DNA from: Candidatus Latescibacterota bacterium
GTDB taxonomy: Bacteria > Latescibacterota > UBA2968 > GCA-2709665
Direction of reading: 5' to 3'
Assembly: GCA_963662665.2 (NCBI GenBank)
Contig: CAXXJS010000010.1
Span: forward strand, 413,100-477,099
DNA length: 64,000 nt
Shown: piece by piece, positions 47,429 through 56,498 of the stretch
Layout: each line of letters starts with the position of its first letter
How positions within the stretch are numbered: position 1 is the first letter of the stretch
The notes under the pieces: model-generated
Seen by the model: only the letters and a program-made list of their open reading frames with translations
Database searches by the model: none
Told to the model about the DNA's origin: nothing
Made by a program: the position numbers and the translations under genes

Positions 47429-47947
47429 CTAACGGCGGATTGAAACAACCCTCGCCCGGCGGCGCAAAATCTCATCCGGTACGAGTTCGCGGATTGTATG
47501 TCGACTTTCCCGGTCCATTGCCCAATAGTCCTCGATCAGATAGCGCCTGCCTTTCTCGTCCGTAACCGTGATCGACGGCGGTTCCGATCCATCCAGCGCC
47601 TCACGGTCCTGCGTCCGGAACTCCAATTCTCCATCTTCCGCAATTACGGCCCATACGCCTCCGGTCCCGCGAGGCGTCATCGATAGTATCTCCCGGATCC
47701 GGGGGATAAAGTACGCGTCCTTCAACGCGGCATCCAATACTTCCTGAGATCTCCTGTCCAGAGTGCCGGGATTGTCAATCAGACAGATCTCACGACCTTC
47801 TTCGCCCAATAAGCCCACGAAGTGGCCCGGGTTGCTTCTGGGGAACGCCCTGGCGACCCGTGCCACTGTGTGAACATGATCGCCTACGACAGCCTTGATA
47901 TCGCCTTCGCACCGCATCAACCGAATCTTCATCCAGTTTCTTCCCAC
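47429..47947 (-). CDS. DUF1854-like protein
   Basis: RAFPRSNP, EICLI, YFIPRI, TDEKGRRYLIED. Confidence 0.7.
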   Translation of the reverse strand: MGRNWMKIRLMRCEGDIKAVVGDHVHTVARVARAFPRSNPGHFVGLLGEEGREICLIDNPGTLDRRSQEVLDAALKDAYFIPRIREILSMTPRGTGGVWAVIAEDGELEFRTQDREALDGSEPPSITVTDEKGRRYLIEDYWAMDRESRHTIRELVPDEILRRRARVVSIRR

Positions 47948-48005
47948 GGGTTACGCTGGAAGTGGCATTGCCTTCCCGGCATCGTTCATTTTCCTGACCG
48001 GCACA

Positions 48006-48902
48006 TCAACGTGCGGACCGTCGGTTCGGATCCCGCCGGAGCACAATCTCTCCACGTTTAAACGCGCGTACAGTTCCGGTCGATTCCGAAACCGCCACCG
48101 CGATAGCGTTGGTGTTCCTGGTTATCGCCGCTGCCGCAACATGCCTTGCCCCCAACCCTTTGGGCAGGGTGAGACCTCTTACATTGGAGGTGATGTAACG
48201 ACAACCTGAGCGAATAACCCCATCCTCCTGGACGATGAAGGCGCCGTCCATCAAGGCGACTTCTTTCACGCCTTCACGATTGTCACCGTCGCAGATGTTC
48301 CGCTCCCGCTTTGAATACCCGCGGAACGGATCGTACGTCATCACGCGGGAATTCGCCAGAACGCGGTCCGAGTCACCGAGGACGAACAGCGTGCCAACCT
48401 GTTCCCCTTCGCGGCCCTCCCGTCCGATGTCAAGGGCAATATCGAGCACTGATTTAACCACTTCAATGGGTATGTCACCAGCCAGCATGGACAGACTCTC
48501 CCCATCGAAGGCCTCGAACTCCCGGCGGGTGTCCACGGTTATCAGCGTATCCACGCCCCCGTGATCCATAACATTCGTAAGGCAGATCAGCCGGCTGCCC
48601 TTTTTGATGTGACCGCACTCCATGCCCAACATGATCCCATGCCGTACCCGTTCGAGATAGGTTCCGTCGTCAAGGTCAGGATCAAACTGTAAGCTGCGGA
48701 TGCCTACGCCGTCAATGCCCTCGAGAAACCGTTTTCGCCGGGTGACCAACAACACGGGACATACCTCATTCAGGGCTTGCACCGCGGTCCGGTTCACGCC
48801 CGAATCCGCCACGATCAACACCAGATCGGCGCCAATCTCGTCGGAGAGTTTCCCGGCGGTCTTCAACAATGCGTGGGCTCTGGCCCGATCGGTTTTTGCC
48901 AT
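48006..48902 (-). CDS. Diadenylate cyclase, DacZ-like (N-terminal regulatory domain plus DisA_N)
   Basis: REGREG, VGTLFVLGD, MDGAF, GLGARHVAA, VSESTG. Confidence 0.85.
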   Translation of the reverse strand: MAKTDRARAHALLKTAGKLSDEIGADLVLIVADSGVNRTAVQALNEVCPVLLVTRRKRFLEGIDGVGIRSLQFDPDLDDGTYLERVRHGIMLGMECGHIKKGSRLICLTNVMDHGGVDTLITVDTRREFEAFDGESLSMLAGDIPIEVVKSVLDIALDIGREGREGEQVGTLFVLGDSDRVLANSRVMTYDPFRGYSKRERNICDGDNREGVKEVALMDGAFIVQEDGVIRSGCRYITSNVRGLTLPKGLGARHVAAAAITRNTNAIAVAVSESTGTVRAFKRGEIVLRRDPNRRSAR

Positions 48903-49032
48903 CGAATGTCCATCTCCCGTTGATCAGATTCGGACGACGAAAAGAAGAGAGGAGACACAATGGAGAGACCGCAGTACTGATCCGAACGGAGTTATCTCTC
49001 ACCGGCGTCTTTGGGGAAGCCGGGTGCCGGAA

Positions 49033-49671
49033 CTATCTCCGGGACCTGAATCGACGTTTTCTTCCGTACGTCACGGGTTCATCAGGCTGTTGCTTCGTCA
49101 CGCCGCCATCCACCGCCACGGTCGGTCTCTCGTCCAGCGAGAGAAATTCCGTTGGGATCTCCCGTGCAAGGATCGTGGGTCCGCAATCGAAAAATTGAGT
49201 ACCGAACGAAGCCGCTCTGCGCGCCTCCACCCGTATCACCGCACCGGGTCCCCGCCTGTGTCCTGCCAGCCTTTTCGCGACAGCGGCTTCGAACGAGAGG
49301 TGTACGTACTGCCGGTCTACAGGCTTCAACCCCGATCTCATGATCTCTTCCACTTCGGTTTCGCTCGAGCCCTTGTAGAGGTGTTCAGGAGGTTCCACGG
49401 GGTCGGTTCCCAGTTCCATGGCAAAGCTATGCCCATAGCGCGCCCGAATTCGCCCTTCGACAATTTCGAACCGTTTCTTCTCGGCCCTGTAAACCAGTGT
49501 TTCGACATCTCCAGCTTCGATATCTTCATCCTTTTTCTTCAGTGCAGCCAAAACCGCGTCAAAGTCCGCGTAGCCGTAACCGTCCACCTCGACGCCGAAC
49601 TCTTCCGGCCGATGCCGCAGCATTAGTGACAGCAGCTTGGACAGCCTCATTGTAGATTGTTGATCTTCCAT
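49033..49671 (-). CDS. kptA: RNA 2'-phosphotransferase (Tpt1/KptA)
   Basis: LSLMLRH, KKRF, IRARYGHS, RQYVHLS. Confidence 0.85.
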   Translation of the reverse strand: MEDQQSTMRLSKLLSLMLRHRPEEFGVEVDGYGYADFDAVLAALKKKDEDIEAGDVETLVYRAEKKRFEIVEGRIRARYGHSFAMELGTDPVEPPEHLYKGSSETEVEEIMRSGLKPVDRQYVHLSFEAAVAKRLAGHRRGPGAVIRVEARRAASFGTQFFDCGPTILAREIPTEFLSLDERPTVAVDGGVTKQQPDEPVTYGRKRRFRSRR

Positions 49672-49786
49672 TCCCACCCCTCGGAGTGAAACTTGCATTG
49701 ATCTGACTCGACCCGTTGTCATTGGCAATTATTGCCGGGAAGGCCGGCCGTTTGCCTTCCTGTTACGACCTGCTGCATGCGCGCCA

Positions 49787-51166
49787 TCAAAAAGGCTCTT
49801 CACGATAAATCTCAGGTTCCTCAAATCGCAGGTACTCGCCCAGGAACGTGAGAGACACGCTGCCCGTCGGGCCGTTTCGTTGCTTGCCGACAATGATCTC
49901 GGCCTTCCCCTCCTGTGAATTGCCCTCTTCGTCGGGTATCCCGTACACCTCCGGCCGATAGAGAAACGCGACCACGTCCGCGTCCTGCTCGATGCTGCCG
50001 CTTTCGCGCAAGTCGGAAAGCTGCGGCCGCTTGTCCGTCCGGGACTCAACGGCTCGAGACAGCTGCGCACAGGCTACGACCGGTAGATCCAGCTCTTTGG
50101 CCAACGCTTTGAGCGAGCGAGAAATACTCGCAATTTCCTGTTCCCTGTTGTCCACGCGTGCTGTGGTGGTCATCAACTGCAGGTAATCCACAACGATCAG
50201 GCCGATGGCGTGTTCAAGTTTCGCGCGCCGGGCTTTGGCACGCAATTCCAGGATGGAGATGCCTGGCGTGTCATCAATAAAAAACGGCGCCTCCGACAGC
50301 TTACCGGACCGGGTCGCCAGTTGCTGCCACTCGTCCGCCGACAATTTTCCCGTTCGCAACCGGTGGGACGACACCCTGGCTTCGGCGCAAAGCAAACGAA
50401 TGGCCAGTTGCTGCATACTCATCTCCAGGGAGAAAAAGAGTACCGGTGTCTTCTCCCTGACGGCGGCATTGCGCGCCATACAGAGCGTAAGTGCCGTCTT
50501 TCCCATCGATGGACGCGATGCAATGATAATCAGGTCCGACGGCTGCAGCCCTGCGGTTATTTCATCGAAATCAGGATATCCTGTGGTAACGCCCGACAGG
50601 GCGCCGGCCTGTTTCTGGGCTTTTTCAATGAGTTCAAACGTCTCGTGCAGTTTGGACTCGAGCGAGACAACCCCCTGACCTATTTCGCCTTCCGCGATTC
50701 GAAAAACCCGCTGCTCCGCGCGGTCGATTACGTCGCGAACGTCTTCAGCTTCGTCGAAACATTCGCCAATCGTCTGCGTGGATGCATCGATCAACCGGCG
50801 GCGCTGGGCGCGCTCGAGTACGATTCTGGCGTGGTATTCCGCGTTTGCGCTGGTCGCCATTTCACCGCCCAGGCCGGCAACATAGGCGTACCCGCCCACG
50901 TCTTCAAATTGCCCGCGGCGCTTTAACTCCTCCGCAACCGTCACTTCATCCACCGGCAGTCCCCGCTCCGATAGCGCCAGTACGACCGCATATACCCTGC
51001 GGTTTGCGGAATGGTAAAACGACGTTTCGTCGCCCAGGACCTCGATCACGCGGCTTATAGCCGTGTTGTCAATAAACATGGCGCCCAGAACTGCCCTTTC
51101 GACCTCCAGCGCCTGGGGCTGCGGGCGTTCCACGGGTGTCTGTGCGCTTGATGGTTGGGAAGCCAT
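49787..51166 (-). CDS. dnaB: Replicative DNA helicase
   Basis: SRPSMGKT, FSLEM, VDYLQL, QLSR, DLRESGSIEQDAD, KQRNGPTG; no intein. Confidence 0.96.
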   Translation of the reverse strand: MASQPSSAQTPVERPQPQALEVERAVLGAMFIDNTAISRVIEVLGDETSFYHSANRRVYAVVLALSERGLPVDEVTVAEELKRRGQFEDVGGYAYVAGLGGEMATSANAEYHARIVLERAQRRRLIDASTQTIGECFDEAEDVRDVIDRAEQRVFRIAEGEIGQGVVSLESKLHETFELIEKAQKQAGALSGVTTGYPDFDEITAGLQPSDLIIIASRPSMGKTALTLCMARNAAVREKTPVLFFSLEMSMQQLAIRLLCAEARVSSHRLRTGKLSADEWQQLATRSGKLSEAPFFIDDTPGISILELRAKARRAKLEHAIGLIVVDYLQLMTTTARVDNREQEIASISRSLKALAKELDLPVVACAQLSRAVESRTDKRPQLSDLRESGSIEQDADVVAFLYRPEVYGIPDEEGNSQEGKAEIIVGKQRNGPTGSVSLTFLGEYLRFEEPEIYREEPF

Positions 51167-51227
51167 AGGTATACGACTTAAGAAAGGCCTTGTTCCGATA
51201 CCTGGGAATGAGGAAACACGGTTGTCC

Positions 51228-51908
51228 TTAACATGGTGCGCCGTCGTACACTCGCCTGAGAAGCTGCAGATCCTGCCAGGCGGGGCGCTTCCATTGCTGG
51301 TTGCGCAGCAGTGCAGCCGGATGATAGGTTGGAATCAGATGAATGCCTCGGTACGAAAAAAGCCGACCCCGCAGACTGCCCAGGGGTTCGTCCGTATCCA
51401 GCAGCGTCTGCGCGGCGAATCGACCCAGCGCGCAGATTACATTCGGCTGAACGTACTCAATCTGCCGTTCCAGAAAAGGCTTGCACGTGTCCACTTCTTC
51501 CGGCAGGGGATCCCGGTTTCCCGGCGGCCGGCACTTGACTACATTGGCGATATAGACGTCATCACGCTGAAACCCGATGGCTTCAATCATACGTGTCAGC
51601 AAGTCTCCGGCTTTCCCGACGAACGGCAGCCCCTCCCTGTCTTCGTCCGCTCCGGGCGCCTCGCCGACAAACATAAGGTCTGCATTCGGGTCGCCGCTAC
51701 CAAAGACAACGTTGCGCCGCCCCTCCGAAAGCCCACATTTCCGGCAGTCGCGGATCGAGTTGTGAAAATCGGCAAGCCTTGTGTCCGCAGCTGTACGCGC
51801 GGATGCGAACTCCGTCAGACCATATTCCGCCTGGGTCTTCAGGAACGTCCGGACCGATTCGAGCGTCTCTTTCGCCTGGATGTCTAAGTCCACTGATTTT
51901 TTACCCAA
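51228..51908 (-). CDS. Uracil-DNA glycosylase family 4 (Fe-S)
   Basis: [28 protein letters not shown]. Confidence 0.92.
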   Translation of the reverse strand: MGKKSVDLDIQAKETLESVRTFLKTQAEYGLTEFASARTAADTRLADFHNSIRDCRKCGLSEGRRNVVFGSGDPNADLMFVGEAPGADEDREGLPFVGKAGDLLTRMIEAIGFQRDDVYIANVVKCRPPGNRDPLPEEVDTCKPFLERQIEYVQPNVICALGRFAAQTLLDTDEPLGSLRGRLFSYRGIHLIPTYHPAALLRNQQWKRPAWQDLQLLRRVYDGAPC

Positions 51909-53083
51909 TCCAGAATGCGGTCCGCAACATCGAACTTGGACATTATCGGCAACGGTTCCGCCATACCGCCTGCGTCGATCAGCGTGACCACATTGGTGTC
52001 GACGCCGAAACCGGCGCCTGCAACGTTCAGGTTGTTAAGGACAATCAGGTCCAGGTGTTTTTCTTCGAGTTTCTTTTGTGCGTTAGAGTGGCCATTCTCA
52101 GTTTCCATCGCAAATCCGACCACAATTCTCTTGTTTTTCCGGGCGCCAAGTTCCACCAGAAAATCCTCGTTCGCGACCAGATCCAGACTCAGCCCGTTGC
52201 CGCTCTTTTTGATTTTTCTGTCTGAGTAGACGCGAGGTCTGAAATCCAGCACGGCCGCGGTCATTACCAGGGCATTCGCCCCTTCAAATGCCGATACGGT
52301 CGCCGTGCGCATTTCAGACACCGTTCTCACTCGAATGAGGTCCACCCCCGGCGGAGGTTCCAAATTGCTCGGGCCGCTCACCAGTATCACGTCCGCGCCG
52401 CGTTGCCTGGCCCGCCGTGCCACGGCGTACCCCATTTTTCCCGTGGACCGATTTGTGATAAAGCGAACCGGGTCTATATCTTCTTCCGTCCGTCCGCCAG
52501 TCACGACAATTTTCCGTCCCGAAAGGTCTCCGCAGCTCGCGGCTGTGGACACGGCCTCGGAAACGATTCGTTCCGGTTCCGAAAGGCGCCCCATTCCGCT
52601 TCGCCCCGACGCGAGCGCCCCCTCCTCGGGGCCGATCAGAAGATATCCCATTTCGCCAAGTCGCTGAAGATTGCGTTGTGACGCCGGATGCCGGTACATT
52701 GCCGTTTCCATCGCGGGCGCCAACATTACCCTTGCCTCGCTGGAAAGCACCGTGCATGTGAGCAGGTCGTCCGCCAGGCCGTTTGCCATCTTGCCGATCA
52801 GGTTGGCCGTTGCCGGCGCAATGAGAATCAGGTCGGGCCATTCACCCAACGTGACGTGAATAACCTCCGGATCACCCGTCTCGGGAAAAAGGTGGGTGTA
52901 AACACGGTGGCCGGAAATCGCTTCAAACGTTAGCGGACGTATGAATTTTTGCGCCGCAGCAGTCATCACCACCCGCACTTCGGCGCCCTCACGCTGCAGG
53001 CCGCGAAGTACTTCAACGCCCTTGTAGGCGGCAATTCCTCCGCTAATCCCCAGCAGGATTCTCATTTTGGCCGGCATTGCCAT
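51884..53083 (-). CDS. coaBC: Bifunctional phosphopantothenoylcysteine decarboxylase/phosphopantothenate-cysteine ligase
   Basis: GGIAAYK, APATAN, PAM, DPVRFITNRSTGKMG, VGFAME. Confidence 0.94.
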   Translation of the reverse strand: MAMPAKMRILLGISGGIAAYKGVEVLRGLQREGAEVRVVMTAAAQKFIRPLTFEAISGHRVYTHLFPETGDPEVIHVTLGEWPDLILIAPATANLIGKMANGLADDLLTCTVLSSEARVMLAPAMETAMYRHPASQRNLQRLGEMGYLLIGPEEGALASGRSGMGRLSEPERIVSEAVSTAASCGDLSGRKIVVTGGRTEEDIDPVRFITNRSTGKMGYAVARRARQRGADVILVSGPSNLEPPPGVDLIRVRTVSEMRTATVSAFEGANALVMTAAVLDFRPRVYSDRKIKKSGNGLSLDLVANEDFLVELGARKNKRIVVGFAMETENGHSNAQKKLEEKHLDLIVLNNLNVAGAGFGVDTNVVTLIDAGGMAEPLPIMSKFDVADRILDWVKNQWT

Positions 53084-53303
53084 CTTCAACTTCCGTTTTC
53101 ACGTCGCCGTCGTATGAAACCTGGACTTTGCCCGTCGACAGGCGATCGAGCGAGAGCGTTGTAGGTTTTTCCGCCTCGCCTGATACGTCTCTTGCCATCC
53201 GTGCCTGGTTGATCCGGCGGGACTCTCTCGACGCGGCGCTGACCGCTTCGTATGGATTTATTTCGTCGTTGCTGATCTCTTCAAGGAAGAAAATCCGTGA
53301 CAT
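53043..53303 (-). CDS. rpoZ: RNA polymerase omega subunit
   Basis: NPYEAVSAASRESRRI, KPTTLSL; position between gmk and coaBC; GGAGG ribosome-binding site. Confidence 0.75.
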   Translation of the reverse strand: MSRIFFLEEISNDEINPYEAVSAASRESRRINQARMARDVSGEAEKPTTLSLDRLSTGKVQVSYDGDVKTEVEDGNAGQNENPAGD

Positions 53304-53408
53304 TTGGACGTGGTCCTCCATTTGTGGGGCCTGGTTTTCTGTGGTCGACGTCGGAAATCTGTACGTGAATCTGTTCAGGACGATATGACCGCCCGATACA
53401 ATGCTCCG

Positions 53409-54098
53409 TTAACGCGTGTTCACGTGGCCGAATTCAACGAGAATGTCGGGCACTCGACAGGGCCTGCGTCGTTCGACGCGAATCAGTTCCTCAACATCGG
53501 CGATGGCATGATCCAAATCCGTATTGACGACGAGATAATCGAACTCCGGGGCTTTGGCAACTTCCACGCGTACATTTTCCAACCTGCGCTTCAAAGCGGC
53601 AGACGCTTCGGTCCTGCGCCCTCCCAGGCGTTTTTCAAGCGCGTCGAGCGATGGCGGCAGTACGAACACGCTTACACACCGATCCTCGAGCAATCGCTTC
53701 CACGCGGCCGTTCCCTGCACATCTACCACGATCAACAACACCCCGCCGTTTTCAAGCGCGTGCGCAACTGCCTCGAACGTCGCGCCATAGAGAAAGTCAT
53801 ACACCTCCGCCCATTCGAGAAAACACCCCTGTTTCAATTTGGAACGAAATTCCATCTCCGAAACGAAATGGTAATCCACCCCGTCCGCCTCGTCGAGACG
53901 CTTCGCACGGGTTGTGGTGGTCACGCAACGCCGAAGGTTGTCGTCGCGCGCCAGGAGTCCCTGCCTGATTGATGTCTTACCTGCCCCAGCGGGCCCCGAC
54001 AGCACCACGACGAACGATGTGGGATCGCGATCGAGTCGCCCCAGAAGGGTTTCAATTCCGGTGGATTCTACCATCTGTGGAACCGACAATACCCTCAC
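53409..54098 (-). CDS. gmk: Guanylate kinase
   Basis: SGPAGAGKT, TTR, DGVDYHF, EWAEV, DVQG, PPS. Confidence 0.92.
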   Translation of the reverse strand: MRVLSVPQMVESTGIETLLGRLDRDPTSFVVVLSGPAGAGKTSIRQGLLARDDNLRRCVTTTTRAKRLDEADGVDYHFVSEMEFRSKLKQGCFLEWAEVYDFLYGATFEAVAHALENGGVLLIVVDVQGTAAWKRLLEDRCVSVFVLPPSLDALEKRLGGRRTEASAALKRRLENVRVEVAKAPEFDYLVVNTDLDHAIADVEELIRVERRRPCRVPDILVEFGHVNTR

Positions 54099-54973
54099 TC
54101 TATATTCTGCACCTGTTCTTTGAGCTTTTCGATCTCTTCCTTGACGCTGACCGCCAGATGCGCAATTTCCACGTCGCCGGTTTTGGACCCGATAGTATTT
54201 GCTTCCCGGAGCATTTCCTGGAGCAGGAAATTCAGACGTCGGCCGATTGGCTCATCCCGATCGAGTGTTTTCAGAAATTGCTCATTGTGGCTGTGAAAGC
54301 GGACCGTCTCTTCAGTAATGTCCATTCGCTCGGCAAGCAAGGCGATTTCCGTGACGAGCCGGTTCTGGTCGACCTCTCCCCGGACGATCAGTCCCCGGAG
54401 TTTCTCGTCGAGTTTTTTGCGCGTGGTTTCAACCTGGTTCGGCGCCAGCTTCTCCACCTGCGCGATCATATCCTCGAGGTGATGAACGCGCTGCTCGAAA
54501 TCTGCTGCCAGCCGTCTGCCCTCTCTGACGCGCATCGACTGGCACTGGGCTACGGCCTGTTCGCAGGCAGGCGCGACTGCCTGCCAGACGACTTCCAAAT
54601 CCGGCACCCTGGATTCAAGTTCAAAGACGTTCGGCATCAGCGCCAGTTGCATGGGATCGGGTGCTTCCGAAAGACCAAGACGCTCCTGAAGTCGTACAAG
54701 CCCGTTCCTATACCCCTCGAAGACACGCACGTTCAGAACCGGGATGCCCTTTTCATGTGCTTCACCGCTCAGGTTCAGGAAAACGCGGATATGGCCCCTT
54801 GAAAGAACAGAAAGCACCAGGTCCTTAATTCGGGGTTCGAGTGCCGATAGTTGCCCCGGCAGATGGACGGATACCTCGCCGTAACGCCCGTTGACCGACT
54901 TCACCTCCACCGTGGCGCGGTAGCCTTCTGTTTCTGCCTCTCCCCTTCCAAAACCCGTCATGCTGACAACCAT
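54095..54973 (-). CDS. yicC: YicC/YloC family endoribonuclease
   Basis: SMTGFG, KSVNGRY, DITEE, GRRLNFLLQEMLREANTIGSK, EQVQNIE. Confidence 0.92.
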   Translation of the reverse strand: MVVSMTGFGRGEAETEGYRATVEVKSVNGRYGEVSVHLPGQLSALEPRIKDLVLSVLSRGHIRVFLNLSGEAHEKGIPVLNVRVFEGYRNGLVRLQERLGLSEAPDPMQLALMPNVFELESRVPDLEVVWQAVAPACEQAVAQCQSMRVREGRRLAADFEQRVHHLEDMIAQVEKLAPNQVETTRKKLDEKLRGLIVRGEVDQNRLVTEIALLAERMDITEETVRFHSHNEQFLKTLDRDEPIGRRLNFLLQEMLREANTIGSKTGDVEIAHLAVSVKEEIEKLKEQVQNIE

Positions 54974-55075
54974 GCGTTCTCCAGTCTCCCGTCCCGGTAA
55001 TATCTCACCATTCGGCAGTCTATCTCCGGGAAAGATCACCAGGCCGCACAAATGGTTAAAAGCCTGAAACTTACA

Positions 55076-55104
55076 AAGATAGTACATTCAGAGGTATGTG
55101 TCAA
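55076..55104 (-). promoter_or_regulatory. Putative sigma70 promoter of the yicC-gmk operon
   Basis: TTGACA-N17-TATCTT. Confidence 0.6.
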
Positions 55105-55230
55105 CTGCCAAACCGCGGCGCCGCTGCCGAAAATTCGAATTGCCCTGCCAAAGGCACCGGCGTATATTCCGGCAACGTTCTGATTTCATGCCGGACAGCG
55201 CCAGCCTTACACGCACTGAAAGGAACCAGG

Positions 55231-55800
55231 ATGCACGATAGATGCCGTTCTTCGGTGTTGTTCTTCTGCGCCTTATGGCAGTGTCTGAGCGCTGTCGTTG
55301 CGCTGCCAGTCCATCCGGCGGAAAAGGAACTGGTAAAAACGGAGGTTCATCAGGTCGGGCGGGATTCGGAAGATCAATATATCGTATTTCTGCGAAACGC
55401 CGAAACCGCACGACTTCTGCCCATCTGGATCGGACCCTGTGAAGCGATGGCAATCTGGCGAAAACTGAACAACGAGACGTTTCCCCGTCCGTTCACCCAC
55501 GACTTGTTCCACAACGTGTTGGAGGAGGCCGGGGTTCGTCTTCGATCCATCGTGATAGACGAACTTCGCCCGCTGGAGGACGGGGGCCTGAGGAGTACGT
55601 ATTTTGCCGTTCTAACCCTGCAGGGACCGGATGGAACGACATTTAAAATGGACGCTCGCCCAAGTGATTCGATGGCGCTGGCCGTCCGAATGGGACTTCC
55701 GGTCCATGTGGTACGCGACATTATTGAAAGCCACGGTATTCCGGAAAAAGAGGCGCCTCCGAAACCGGCGGCGCCCCGCAAGACACCCAGATATTTTTGA
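55231..55800 (+). CDS. Bifunctional nuclease (DUF151) with N-terminal signal-peptide-like segment
   Basis: LPIWIGPCEA, RPFTHDL, DARPSD; ATG after AAAGGA. Confidence 0.82.
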   Translation: MHDRCRSSVLFFCALWQCLSAVVALPVHPAEKELVKTEVHQVGRDSEDQYIVFLRNAETARLLPIWIGPCEAMAIWRKLNNETFPRPFTHDLFHNVLEEAGVRLRSIVIDELRPLEDGGLRSTYFAVLTLQGPDGTTFKMDARPSDSMALAVRMGLPVHVVRDIIESHGIPEKEAPPKPAAPRKTPRYF

Positions 55801-55892
55801 TCGACCGGGGGAGAAAACCGTCCTTCGCGCCAGGCGTGATTCAATATCCGGTCGACGAGTCAATACCAGGCAAGAGTCTCTAACCGGATGTA

Positions 55893-56441
55893 TCAGGACA
55901 CCACATCGAAATCGTGAACATCCTCTCCTGCCTCGTTCGATAGAATATCGAGCGCGGCCGACGCACCCTGACCTGCGGAAATTATCGCCTGTGTTTTCCG
56001 AAGTCGGGTACTCCAACCCACCACGTAGAGTCCTTCAATGGCCGTGCGTCCGTCCCTGTCGCACACCAGCCCGTCGGGACCACGCTCCAGCCCCATACTT
56101 GTGCCCAGTTTCAAGTTGGTTCCTGCCGCCAGGATCAGATATTTCCCTTCATGGTTGGTCCCGCCCTCCGTGGTCACAGTGAATCCCGTTTGGGTTTTTT
56201 CAAGGCCGGAGACCTGCGCATCTTCAATGCTGGCGCCCTGCGCTCTTACCTGGTCCCTGGAGATTCGCTGAAATTCGCTTCCGGTCAACTCTGGAATACC
56301 CAGGTAATTGTAAAGCAGCGCTTTATGCATGGGCGTCGTATCCTGTCCGAATACGGCCACATCCATGCCGTTTTTTGCCAAAAACAGGGCCGCGCTCAGG
56401 CCACCCGGACCATCTCCTACCACCAATACCGATGCCATCAC
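55893..56441 (-). CDS. Short thioredoxin-reductase-like FAD-binding protein
   Basis: GDGPGGLSAA, YNYLG, ILAAG, QAIISAGQG; 182 aa, no CxxC. Confidence 0.8.
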   Translation of the reverse strand: MMASVLVVGDGPGGLSAALFLAKNGMDVAVFGQDTTPMHKALLYNYLGIPELTGSEFQRISRDQVRAQGASIEDAQVSGLEKTQTGFTVTTEGGTNHEGKYLILAAGTNLKLGTSMGLERGPDGLVCDRDGRTAIEGLYVVGWSTRLRKTQAIISAGQGASAALDILSNEAGEDVHDFDVVS

Positions 56442-56498
56442 ATCCTCCTGTCGGGGCTTTAAGTGTGATGTGTTTCCGTGGTTGGCGCTCTCAGTTTT

